Shown: in pieces, positions 19,824 to 28,085 of the stretch | Layout: every line of letters starts with the position of its first letter | How positions within the stretch are numbered: position 1 is the first letter of the stretch | Assembly (NCBI GenBank): GCA_051660585.1 | Contig: JBOFPV010000040.1 | Span: 64,841 to 128,840, forward strand | Direction of reading: 5' to 3' | DNA from: Tannerellaceae bacterium | Lineage (GTDB): Bacteria; Bacteroidota; Bacteroidia; Bacteroidales; CAMTPD01 | DNA length: 64,000 nucleotides | Notes under the pieces: generated by a model | The model's database searches: none | What the model saw: only the letters and a program-made list of their open reading frames with translations | Told to the model about the DNA's origin: nothing | Translations under genes and position numbers: made by a program

Positions 19824-19878
19824 AAGGTATCTTTTCGAATGCTGCAAAAGCAAACGGAAAGATACCTTTCTTTATTTT
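19824..19878 (+). terminator. Terminator after the lptD-like gene
   Basis: An 11-bp stem AAGGTATCTTT / AAAGATACCTT around a 23-nt loop, followed by TCTTTATTTT. Confidence 0.55.
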
Positions 19879-20069
19879 AAATAACTTTTAGTTATCAGGC
19901 ATAACAAAAAATGATTGGTATTTCTGCTTTCTGTGTTTTATTTTTGAGGCAGATAGATTTGAAAAATGGAAATTCCAAGTACTATAAATATTCACATCAA
20001 TGAAGCCAATCTATCTAACTAAACAAAAACGGGTCGAATGGTTTTCTATGGTTTCGACTTACACAAATT

Positions 20070-20120
20070 AAAAACCTCTTTGCAGTTTCGGGCGGTGCCG
20101 AATAAAGCAAAGAGGTTTTT
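20070..20120. terminator. Bidirectional terminator
   Basis: A 14-bp stem AAAAACCTCTTTGC / GCAAAGAGGTTTTT whose A-run and T-run flanks let it work on either strand. It lies about 95 nt 3' of the mrp stop codon. Confidence 0.6.
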
Positions 20121-20213
20121 GTTTTATAGAAAGGATCGGTTTGTATAACTGATCTTATCGTTTATTGTATATAATATGCATCTGCTAGTGTTTAGCAAAA
20201 GGGGCAAGGCGGA

Positions 20214-21332
20214 TTAGTGTTTCTTGCCCGAGGTAACCACTACACGTTGTGTAGGAGCTTGCGTTGCGTTGCGTACTTCAAGCTGATGTACTACTTCTTC
20301 TGCAAGATTACGGAATGCAGATCCGGTAATCGTTTCATCGTTTAATGCTACAGGTGCTCCGTTGTCGCCACCCTCGCAAATACTTTGCACGATCGGAATT
20401 TGACCTAGAAGCGGTACTTGTAGTTCTTCGGCAAGACGTTTGCAGCCTTCTTTTCCGAAGATGTAATATTTGTTTTCCGGAAGTTCGGCCGGAGTAAACC
20501 AAGCCATGTTTTCAACCAATCCCAAAACAGGAACGTTTACTTTCTCACCCATAAACATGCTGATCCCTTTGCGGGCATCGGCAAGGGCTACGTCTTGAGG
20601 GGTACTAACTACCACCGCACCGGTAATGGCCAGTGTTTGTACAAGCGTAAGGTGGATATCACTTGTGCCAGGAGGAAGGTCAATCAGGAAGAAGTCCAGA
20701 TCACCCCAGTTGGCATCGGCGATAAGCTGCTTCAAGGCATTGCAAGCCATGCTTCCTCTCCAAAGTACCGCATCTTCTTTGTTTACAAAGAAGCCGATCG
20801 ACAAAACCTTTACACCGTAGTTTTCGGCAGGAATAATCAAATCGCGGCCGTTTACCTTTTCAAGGTATGGGCGAGCATCTTCTAAGTTAAACATTTTAGG
20901 CATCGACGGGCCAAAGATATCTGCATCAAGCAGGCCGACCTTGTAGCCGAGTTTGGCAAGAGCTACTGCAAGATTAGCTGCAACCGTACTCTTTCCTACA
21001 CCACCTTTGCCGGAAGAAACCGCGATGATGTTTTTTACCTGAGGCAACAGTTTGTCCGGCTCGGGACGTGGAGCCTGTTTTGCCTTCACGTTGATATTAC
21101 CTTTGATTTCGATGTCTTCGCCGGCATATTTTAAAATAGCTGTTTCGGCAGCCTTAACCACTGATTTAATAAACGGATCGTTTGGTTTCTCGAAAATAAG
21201 AGAAAACGTAACTTTGTTTCCGTCTATACGCATATCATCCTCTACCATTCCGGAAGAGACAAGATCTTGGCCGGTGCCCGGATAGCGTACCTTTGCAAGA
21301 GCTTCCAATATTAAATTAGGATAGAGAGCCAT
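20214..21332 (-). CDS. apbC: Mrp/NBP35-family Fe-S cluster carrier ATPase (ApbC)
   Basis: N-terminal DUF59-like region, Walker A SGKGGVGKST, and the ...VENMA(W)F... motif typical of Mrp/ApbC. Confidence 0.92.
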   Translation of the reverse strand: MALYPNLILEALAKVRYPGTGQDLVSSGMVEDDMRIDGNKVTFSLIFEKPNDPFIKSVVKAAETAILKYAGEDIEIKGNINVKAKQAPRPEPDKLLPQVKNIIAVSSGKGGVGKSTVAANLAVALAKLGYKVGLLDADIFGPSMPKMFNLEDARPYLEKVNGRDLIIPAENYGVKVLSIGFFVNKEDAVLWRGSMACNALKQLIADANWGDLDFFLIDLPPGTSDIHLTLVQTLAITGAVVVSTPQDVALADARKGISMFMGEKVNVPVLGLVENMAWFTPAELPENKYYIFGKEGCKRLAEELQVPLLGQIPIVQSICEGGDNGAPVALNDETITGSAFRNLAEEVVHQLEVRNATQAPTQRVVVTSGKKH

Positions 21333-21403
21333 ATTATTTAGATTTTATATGAAAACAAAATGCAGTAACCCGAAGTCAGATTACTGCATAGTTTATAATT
21401 GTA

Positions 21404-22180
21404 TTATTGTTCGTCTTTCTTGGGTTTTTGCGATGCGAGCTGACTTCTTCTGCTTCTGTTGAAGCTTCGGTATTCGTCGTATTCGATTTCAATATCCGGT
21501 TCTATTAGTTCGTCGCGCTCTTCACACACAAACTTGATGTATTTGATATTGATTCCGCGGTCGAGCCATTGTTGTTCGTAATAAGTACGGATCGAAAGGA
21601 TATCGTTGGCAAGTCCCGAGTGATACAAGTCGTCGGTTTGTACAAGCACCGGATACTTATTCGCCTTTACCATTTCGCACGTATAAGTAAACATAAATCC
21701 GCTGTCACTCTTTAGGTGAATGATACCGTCTTTCGAAAGCAATTCGCGGTACAACTTCATGAAACGAGTAGAAGTAAGGCGTTTTGTTGTCTTCTTCATC
21801 TGCGGATCAGGGAAAGTAATCCAGATTTCAGAAACCTCACCCGGCGCAAAGAAATTTGCGATAAGTTCGATGTGTGTACGTAGAAAAGCAACATTCGTCA
21901 TTCCGCTATCGAGCGATTCTTTAGCCCCTGACCACATACGAGCACCTTTGATATCGATACCGATAAAGTTTTTGTCAGGAAACATTTTTCCCAGTCCTAC
22001 GGTATACTCTCCTTTTCCACATCCAAGTTCAAGGACGATCGGATTGTCGTTTTTGAAAAAACGCTCATTCCAGTGACCTTTCAAGTCGAAACCTTTTTCT
22101 TTCAATACGGCAAAAGGATATTGGAATACGTGCGGGTATCCCGACATGTCATCAAATTTCTGTAACTTATTCTTTCCCAC
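21404..22180 (-). CDS. trmB: tRNA (guanine46-N7)-methyltransferase
   Basis: [10 protein letters not shown] is the SAM-binding motif and ITFPDPQ is also present. I chose the GTG start at VGKNKLQKF... because it matches the usual TrmB N-terminus. The 54 codons upstream in the track look non-coding. Confidence 0.85.
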   Translation of the reverse strand: MGKNKLQKFDDMSGYPHVFQYPFAVLKEKGFDLKGHWNERFFKNDNPIVLELGCGKGEYTVGLGKMFPDKNFIGIDIKGARMWSGAKESLDSGMTNVAFLRTHIELIANFFAPGEVSEIWITFPDPQMKKTTKRLTSTRFMKLYRELLSKDGIIHLKSDSGFMFTYTCEMVKANKYPVLVQTDDLYHSGLANDILSIRTYYEQQWLDRGINIKYIKFVCEERDELIEPDIEIEYDEYRSFNRSRRSQLASQKPKKDEQ

Positions 22181-22338
22181 TGTTTGGAAGTTTATAATGC
22201 TTTGTAATAATCTGTTTCTATGCAAAGATAATACATTTACATCGATGTAGAATGTTCGTATTGAGTAAAGAATAGTGAATAGGGGTGGGATAACTGAAAA
22301 AGTTTTGCAAACGGAGATGCAAAACGAAAGGTATATAA

Positions 22339-22366
22339 ACAAAAAAAGAGATCATAAGATCTCTTT
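22339..22366 (-). terminator. Terminator of the tRNA-Asn cluster
   Basis: A 9-bp stem AAAGAGATC / GATCTCTTT with loop ATAA. On the minus strand it is followed by a run of 7 U. Confidence 0.55.
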
Positions 22367-22372
22367 TAAATG

Positions 22373-22446
22373 CTCTTCAGGCTGGACTCGAACCAGCGAC
22401 CCTCTGATTAACAGTCAGATGCTCTAACCAACTGAGCTACTAAAGA
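22373..22446 (-). tRNA. tRNA-Asn (GUU), variant copy
   Basis: A 74-nt cloverleaf with acceptor TCTTTAG/CTGAAGA (one U-G pair), D arm GCTC-AGTTGGTTA-GAGC, anticodon arm TCTGA-CTGTTAA-TCAGA and T arm GCTGG-TTCGAGT-CCAGC. Confidence 0.9.
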
Positions 22447-22472
22447 ATTTGTGTTATTTGTTTTCGATATTG

Positions 22473-22546
22473 CTCTTCAGGCTGGGCTCGAACCAGCGAC
22501 CCTCTGATTAACAGTCAGATGCTCTAACCAACTGAGCTACTGAAGA
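22473..22546 (-). tRNA. tRNA-Asn (GUU)
   Basis: The same cloverleaf with a fully paired acceptor TCTTCAG/CTGAAGA and T loop TTCGAGC. Confidence 0.92.
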
Positions 22547-22573
22547 GTGTTTCGCTTTAATAAGTAAAAGAAG

Positions 22574-22647
22574 CTCTTCAGGCTGGGCTCGAACCAGCGA
22601 CCCTCTGATTAACAGTCAGATGCTCTAACCAACTGAGCTACTGAAGA
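22574..22647 (-). tRNA. tRNA-Asn (GUU)
   Basis: Identical in sequence to the copy at 22473-22546. Confidence 0.92.
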
Positions 22648-22704
22648 GTGTTTGCTTTTCTTATTTTGCACTGCAAAGGTAGTGCATGTTTCTGGAATAT
22701 GCAA

Positions 22705-22712
22705 TATATTTG
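22705..22712 (+). promoter_or_regulatory. Candidate Bacteroides-type -7 promoter box
   Basis: TATATTTG matches TAnnTTTG, 21 nt upstream of the ATG at 22733. Confidence 0.35.
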
Positions 22713-22732
22713 CAGGAAAATTTTCAAAAAAA

Positions 22733-23710
22733 ATGAAGACAATTGGTTTAGGAAATCCTCTATTGGATGTATTAGTCAGATTATCAGGAGATGAGCTTTT
22801 GGGCGAGGTTGGGCTTTTAAAGAACGCAATGGTGTTGATAGACCGAGAAAAGATGCTCGAGATCCGTTCGAAGGTAGAAAACCTTCCGATTTCAATGATT
22901 CCGGGGGGCTCTTCGGCCAATACAATTCGTGCGATGGCTACACTTGGCGCGCCTGTTGGTTACCTCGGAAAGATCGGAACCGATACGTATGGCGACTTTT
23001 TTGAAGAGCAATTAATTAAAAAAGGAGCCGTATCTCACTTGTTACGTAAAGATACCGACAGTGGTATCTCAACCGTATTGATCAGTACCGATGGCGAACG
23101 TACGATGGGAACCTATCTAGGTCCGGCTGCCGAGTTGGTATACCAAGATATCACAGAAGATATCCTTTCACAATACGATACCGTATATATCGAAGGATAC
23201 TTAATTATCAACGATGAGCTGTTTCGTGGTGTCTTGAAAGACGCAAAGCGTTTGGGCTTGAAAGTAGCCCTCGACTTGGCAAGTTTCAATGTCGTAGAAG
23301 ACAACAAAGCTACGCTACTTGAAGTAATCCCGGAATACGTAGATATTTTGTTTGCCAATGAAGAAGAAGCAGCAGCCTTTACAGGAAAAGCTCCGGTAGA
23401 AGCACTGCACGAAATCGCGCAAATGGTAGATATTGCCGTAGTGAAGGTAGGAGCAAAAGGTGCTTATATTTCGCAAAACGGAGAAGTAACGCATGTAGAA
23501 GCTTACGGAGGTGCTCCAATCGATACCACCGGTGCGGGCGATTGCTTTGCGGCAGGTTTCCTTTACGGACTTACGCAAAAAGCCGAAATGAAAGCTTGCG
23601 GGGAGTTGGGATCACTACTAGGTGGAACTGTAATCGCTCAAGTAGGGCCTGAGATTCCGGAGTCTGAGTGGGAACAAATAAAGTTAAAAGTTAACGAGAT
23701 ATTAGGTTAA
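22733..23710 (+). CDS. PfkB-family carbohydrate/nucleoside kinase (adenosine kinase-like)
   Basis: GGSSANT and DTTGAGDCFAAGFLYG are the PfkB signatures. The start is set at MKTIGLGNPLLD because the track start at 22652 overlaps the tRNA region. Confidence 0.85.
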   Translation: MKTIGLGNPLLDVLVRLSGDELLGEVGLLKNAMVLIDREKMLEIRSKVENLPISMIPGGSSANTIRAMATLGAPVGYLGKIGTDTYGDFFEEQLIKKGAVSHLLRKDTDSGISTVLISTDGERTMGTYLGPAAELVYQDITEDILSQYDTVYIEGYLIINDELFRGVLKDAKRLGLKVALDLASFNVVEDNKATLLEVIPEYVDILFANEEEAAAFTGKAPVEALHEIAQMVDIAVVKVGAKGAYISQNGEVTHVEAYGGAPIDTTGAGDCFAAGFLYGLTQKAEMKACGELGSLLGGTVIAQVGPEIPESEWEQIKLKVNEILG

Positions 23711-23764
23711 CAGGTAGATAAATCTATACATTTATTGCATATAACCTAAGTTGAACACATCATT

Positions 23765-25474
23765 ATGAATATACGAAAAGGAACTATTGCCTACGTTGCG
23801 GCATTTACTTTTTTGTCGATGTTCACCACTGTCAAAGCACAGGAGGTGAATCAATTCGATGTCAGTAAGAATCTTGAAATCTTCAATTCGATTGTAAAAG
23901 AAGCCGAGATGTTTTATGTCGATTCGATCGATGTAAACGCAACGGTAAAGCGTGGTATCGATGGCATGCTAAAGGGACTTGATCCTTATACCGAGTATAT
24001 TCCGGAGGAAGAGATGGAGCAGTTTAAACTGATGACTACCGGAGAATATGCAGGTGTGGGTGCTATCATTACGGCAAAAGACGGTAAGGTTATGATCAAC
24101 GAGCCGTATGAAGGGATGCCGGCAGCATTAGCCGGACTCAAAGCCGGAGACGTACTGCTTACGATCAACGGTGAGGACGTTTCAAATACAACTGTCGACC
24201 AAGTGAGCGCAAAGCTCAAAGGTCAGCCCAATACCAAAGTAAAGATCAAATACTTACCTTACGGCGAAAAGAAACCGCGCGAAGTAGAGATCATGCGTAA
24301 ACTTATCGAGATTAATCCGGTAACTTACTATGGTACGTTCAATAATGATAGCGTAGGTTATATCTATTTGTCAGGCTTTACCGATAAGTGTAGTAACGAA
24401 GTACGCAAAGCCTTGTTGGATTTGAAAAACAACAAGAAAGTAAGCTCGCTTATTCTTGATTTGCGTGGCAACGGCGGTGGTTCATTAGAAGAAGCAATCC
24501 AGATACTAAACATGTTTGTTCCCAAAGATCAGGTTGTGCTTAGTACCAAAGGGAAACTAAAACAATGGGACCGTACATATCGTACAACGCAAGAGCCGGT
24601 GGATACGGTAATGCCATTGGTTGTATTGACAAGCAACGGATCTGCATCCGCATCCGAAATTGTATCGGGAGCGCTACAAGATTTAGATCGTGCGGTAATT
24701 GTGGGAGATCGTACCTTTGGTAAAGGATTGGTGCAATCTACACGCGACTTGCCATACAACGGAAGTCTTAAGGTTACAATCTCGAAGTATTACATCCCAA
24801 GCGGACGTTGTATACAAGCAATCGACTACTCGCATCGTAATCCCGACGGAAGCGTATCGAAAGTTCCCGATAGCTTGACTACCGTATTCCATACGGCGGC
24901 AGGCAGACCTGTGCGCGATGGCGGAGGTATTGTTCCCGACTTTAAAGTAGAGTCGCCAAAGCAACCTACCATTTCGTATTATCTGGTGATGAATAATGAG
25001 ATCTTCGACTTTGTAAACGACTGGACCAGCAAGCGTAAGCAAATTGCACCGATCGAAGAGTTTGTATTTACAGACGAAGACTACGAAGGATTCAAGCAAT
25101 TCATGAAAGGTCGCAATTTCTCATATGATCGTCAGAGCGAGAAAGCGCTGAAGAACTTGAAAGATATTGCAGAAATCGAAGGTTACATGGATATCGCTTC
25201 ACCCGAGTTTAAAGCACTCGAAGAGAAGCTTCAGCCAAATCTAGATCGCGACCTTGATAAGTTCAAAGATCAAATCAAGCAGCTTATTTCATTAGAGATT
25301 GCCAAACGTTATTACTTCCAAAAGGGAGAGATGATTCAATCGTTGAAGATCGACGATGAACTACAAAAAGCGCTTGAAGTTTTGTCAAACCAAGCATTGT
25401 ACGAGAAAACACTTTCGGCTCCGGTAGAAAAGGCGAAGCCAGTTGAGGCAAGCCAACCTACAGAGAAGAAGTAA
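23765..25474 (+). CDS. S41-family C-terminal processing peptidase
   Basis: A PDZ-like region (AGLKAGDVLLTING), LRGNGGGS, the catalytic Ser region GSASASEI and the Lys region RTFGKGLVQ. Confidence 0.9.
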   Translation: MNIRKGTIAYVAAFTFLSMFTTVKAQEVNQFDVSKNLEIFNSIVKEAEMFYVDSIDVNATVKRGIDGMLKGLDPYTEYIPEEEMEQFKLMTTGEYAGVGAIITAKDGKVMINEPYEGMPAALAGLKAGDVLLTINGEDVSNTTVDQVSAKLKGQPNTKVKIKYLPYGEKKPREVEIMRKLIEINPVTYYGTFNNDSVGYIYLSGFTDKCSNEVRKALLDLKNNKKVSSLILDLRGNGGGSLEEAIQILNMFVPKDQVVLSTKGKLKQWDRTYRTTQEPVDTVMPLVVLTSNGSASASEIVSGALQDLDRAVIVGDRTFGKGLVQSTRDLPYNGSLKVTISKYYIPSGRCIQAIDYSHRNPDGSVSKVPDSLTTVFHTAAGRPVRDGGGIVPDFKVESPKQPTISYYLVMNNEIFDFVNDWTSKRKQIAPIEEFVFTDEDYEGFKQFMKGRNFSYDRQSEKALKNLKDIAEIEGYMDIASPEFKALEEKLQPNLDRDLDKFKDQIKQLISLEIAKRYYFQKGEMIQSLKIDDELQKALEVLSNQALYEKTLSAPVEKAKPVEASQPTEKK

Positions 25475-26591
25475 AGTAAATATGCAATAAAATAACTTCG
25501 GAACGCGTGCCTATCCTGTAGGGTGGGCCCGCCACTCCGATACCTGCCGAGGTGTAAAACTGTGTATTTCCTTCGCGATAATAACCATAAGCATGCTTAT
25601 GCACTGCTTCGATTACATATTTATAAGGCCATATTTGTCCACCGTGCGTGTGGCCGTGTAGTCCAAGATCAATACCATTCATCAACATTTCACCCCAAGC
25701 TTCGGGCTGGTGGTCGAGAACAATCACCGGAAGCGTCTTGTCCACATCCGTCAATAACGTATTCAGCGATTTTCGTTTTACGTTTACCCTGTCTTCCCTT
25801 CCTACAAGATAAAAAGCGCTGTCAGGCATGGCAACCGAGTCGGTCAATAGCGTAATTCCCGTATTTCTTAACCACCTTTCTTTGTCGATGTAGTTTGCCC
25901 GATATTCGTGATTCCCTTTCACGGCATACACTCCCATGGGGGCAGCAATTTGACGAAACACGTCCTCCATATGTTCTTTCTTAGGGTAGTGCATATCGTA
26001 GTCGATGATATCTCCCACCATCACCACCATGTCGGGATGCAAAGAATTAATCAAAGCAACCTGCTTCTCAAATAGTTTTCTGTTTACAACCTCGCCCAAG
26101 TGAATGTCAGAAACCATGGCAATGGTCATGCTGTCTATACCTTTTGCCTGTTTGGGTATGGTGATGTACACGTTTCGTACCACAGGATTGGTTACATTAT
26201 GGTAACCCCAAATCATAAGTCCGGTAGTAACTGCGCAGACAACTGCAAATAAAATTCGTTTTACTCGTGTATAATGATCATGTATCCACTGAGGCAATAT
26301 TTTGAAAAGCTTATTGGTGAGTCGGAGCATGTCAAATGCAACCAACATCATCACGATGTAGATCGAAGCAATGTACCAAGTATTGCAAATGTATTGGATG
26401 ATAGACATTACTTGGTCGGGAAGTTCGTTTCGAAACAGATACCCGAAGATATAAAGAGAAACCTCACCTCCGATTGCAGCTATAAAAGGAATGCGTATAC
26501 TTTTGCGTGGAGGCAATGCCTCATATCCACGGAAGGCAATATATGCGGTAAAAAGGATTTGGGCAAAAATGGATTGCAAGAAAACTTTCAT
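25458..26591 (-). CDS. Membrane-anchored metallophosphoesterase (calcineurin-like)
   Basis: N-terminal TM segments, then SDIHLG, VGDIID, GNHEY and GHTHGGQ. Confidence 0.85.
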   Translation of the reverse strand: MKVFLQSIFAQILFTAYIAFRGYEALPPRKSIRIPFIAAIGGEVSLYIFGYLFRNELPDQVMSIIQYICNTWYIASIYIVMMLVAFDMLRLTNKLFKILPQWIHDHYTRVKRILFAVVCAVTTGLMIWGYHNVTNPVVRNVYITIPKQAKGIDSMTIAMVSDIHLGEVVNRKLFEKQVALINSLHPDMVVMVGDIIDYDMHYPKKEHMEDVFRQIAAPMGVYAVKGNHEYRANYIDKERWLRNTGITLLTDSVAMPDSAFYLVGREDRVNVKRKSLNTLLTDVDKTLPVIVLDHQPEAWGEMLMNGIDLGLHGHTHGGQIWPYKYVIEAVHKHAYGYYREGNTQFYTSAGIGVAGPPYRIGTRSEVILLHIYFTSSL

Positions 26592-26619
26592 ATGTCTGAT
26601 TGTAGGAGTCTAAATAGGC

Positions 26620-27786
26620 TTATTTTACGTCCAGATCAATACATACCACTTCAGAGTTGGTTCCTATTCTAAATGGAGGACCCCAAAGAGACAATCCGGA
26701 ACTTACGTAAAAATGAGTCATATTCCTTATTTCATAACCATAAGGAAGTTCGTAAAGTTGCTTTACTAAAAGTGAAACAGGCCAAATTTGTCCTAAATGT
26801 GTATGCCCACTCACCTGTAAGTCTACATTCGAATCTGCCACATGTTGAAGCTCATAGGGTTGATGATCGAGCACAATTTTTACCACGTCTTCGGGAACAC
26901 GACTGATCAATTCGCTAATTGATTTACGATTTTTGTTATGACGGTCGTCACGTCCGGTTATCCAGATCCCTTCGGTGAGTTCGACAGATGCATCACGTAA
27001 AAACTTGATCTTTGTTTGTTTGTAGAATTCTTCCGCTTCGTTGATGCCGGCAATATACTCATGATTGCCCGGAATAGCCCATACACCAAGGGGGGCATCA
27101 AGCTTATTAAGTACCTCTTGCATGTTTTGGTCATAAAGCGGAACCACCGAGTTGTCGATCATATCACCTGCTATTACAATAACATCAGGCTTTAGTGCAT
27201 TGATTTGATTTACATAACCGGTCATTCGGGCCGCATCGGTTCCATAACCGAGATGCACATCACTGATAGCGGCAATGCGTAGTTTCTTTCCTTTATAGGT
27301 TGAGTTATTAACAGCTATGTTGAGAGGTGTTGTTTGCGGGTTGCTATAGTTTATATAACCGTAAATCATTGTAGCCGTAGTGATTATTGCGGAAATAAGC
27401 AGCGCGCTAATTTTCGCTTGTCGTCGGTTATCAACAATCCAGTTGTTGCGGATGCCTGTAAGCTTTCCGGCGATCAAAAAGAAGTCGACCAATATAGCCT
27501 GTAACAAAAAATAAAGGAAGGCAACCAGCCAAGTATTTCCCGCTTCATATACAATATGACCTTGCGCGGGTGCAACCCCCAACTTAGCAAGAAAAAATTG
27601 GATGAAAGGGAGAACGGAGACGATAACAAACAGCGGAACGTAAGCAATACGCAAAGGTTTCAGGGCCGAAAGAAGTTTCCAACCGCGCTGAAACAAATAA
27701 CAACTAGCCAAAGCATAGATCAGTATAACAACAATAAAAAACGTTTTCATAGGTATCGAGTTGAAGTTCAAAGATAATAACTTCAT
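26620..27786 (-). CDS. Membrane-anchored metallophosphoesterase, paralogue of the preceding gene
   Basis: SDVHLG, AGDMID, GNHEY and GHTHLGQ. An alternative start is at 27750 (MKTFFIV...). Confidence 0.85.
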   Translation of the reverse strand: MKLLSLNFNSIPMKTFFIVVILIYALASCYLFQRGWKLLSALKPLRIAYVPLFVIVSVLPFIQFFLAKLGVAPAQGHIVYEAGNTWLVAFLYFLLQAILVDFFLIAGKLTGIRNNWIVDNRRQAKISALLISAIITTATMIYGYINYSNPQTTPLNIAVNNSTYKGKKLRIAAISDVHLGYGTDAARMTGYVNQINALKPDVIVIAGDMIDNSVVPLYDQNMQEVLNKLDAPLGVWAIPGNHEYIAGINEAEEFYKQTKIKFLRDASVELTEGIWITGRDDRHNKNRKSISELISRVPEDVVKIVLDHQPYELQHVADSNVDLQVSGHTHLGQIWPVSLLVKQLYELPYGYEIRNMTHFYVSSGLSLWGPPFRIGTNSEVVCIDLDVK

Positions 27787-27864
27787 AGCGAATTTGAAAA
27801 CAATAAATAGCCGTTGAAACGACTCTATTTACTCGATTTTTGAACCTCATAAAGTCCGTTTCAG

Positions 27865-27906
27865 AACCAAGCATGGTTCTTCTAAAAACCATGCTTGGTT
27901 TTTTTG
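27865..27906 (+). terminator. Strong plus-strand intrinsic terminator with no upstream plus-strand gene
   Basis: A 14-bp perfect stem AACCAAGCATGGTT / AACCATGCTTGGTT (27865-27878 / 27887-27900) with an 8-nt loop, followed by a T-run through 27905. Confidence 0.55.
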
Positions 27907-28012
27907 AAAACCTAATGAGGTTTTTGGAAAAACTAAGTAAGGTTTTTATGCGTTGTAAATCAGTGTTTTATAATGGTGTTTTAAGGCTGTTTGTCACGAA
28001 GCTGCATAATAG

Positions 28013-28064
28013 AAAAAAGAACAAGCCATCAATTCCCTTTGTGATAAAGGAGGTTGATGGCTTG
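28013..28064 (-). terminator. Terminator of the DUF4091/GH123-like gene
   Basis: A 12-bp perfect stem ACAAGCCATCAA / TTGATGGCTTGT (28021-28032 / 28053-28064). On the minus strand it is followed by UCUUUUUUCU. Confidence 0.6.
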
Positions 28065-28085
28065 TATATGTGAGGATAATCCTAT

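Noticed and set aside
22181-22342. N-terminal 54-codon extension of trmB starting at 22342.
   Set aside because: The extension ([15 protein letters not shown]...) is AT-rich and has promoter-like composition. The conserved TrmB N-terminus (GKNKL.KF...YPHVF) begins at the GTG at 22180.
22339-22720. The tRNA cluster as an integration hotspot or genomic-island boundary.
   Set aside because: No integrase, no direct repeat of a tRNA 3' end and no accessory-type genes lie on either side. The flanking genes are trmB and a PfkB kinase.
22609-22920. 103-aa minus-strand ORF, and the plus-strand start at 22652 for the kinase.
   Set aside because: Both run across or into tRNA-Asn copy 3 and the divergent promoter region. 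The kinase has a good ATG at 22733 with a TAnnTTTG box upstream.
25458-25474. Convergent 3'-end overlaps (S41 peptidase with phosphoesterase at 25458-25474; LMW-PTP with the HD protein at 45918-45931) as possible regulatory antisense arrangements.
   Set aside because: Short convergent stop-region overlaps are common in compact bacterial genomes, and nothing in the sequence suggests a special function.
27840-28073. 77-aa plus-strand ORF in the spacer.
   Set aside because: Its sequence is dictated by three hairpin/terminator structures and it has no family resemblance. I treated it as non-coding (see the small-RNA finding).
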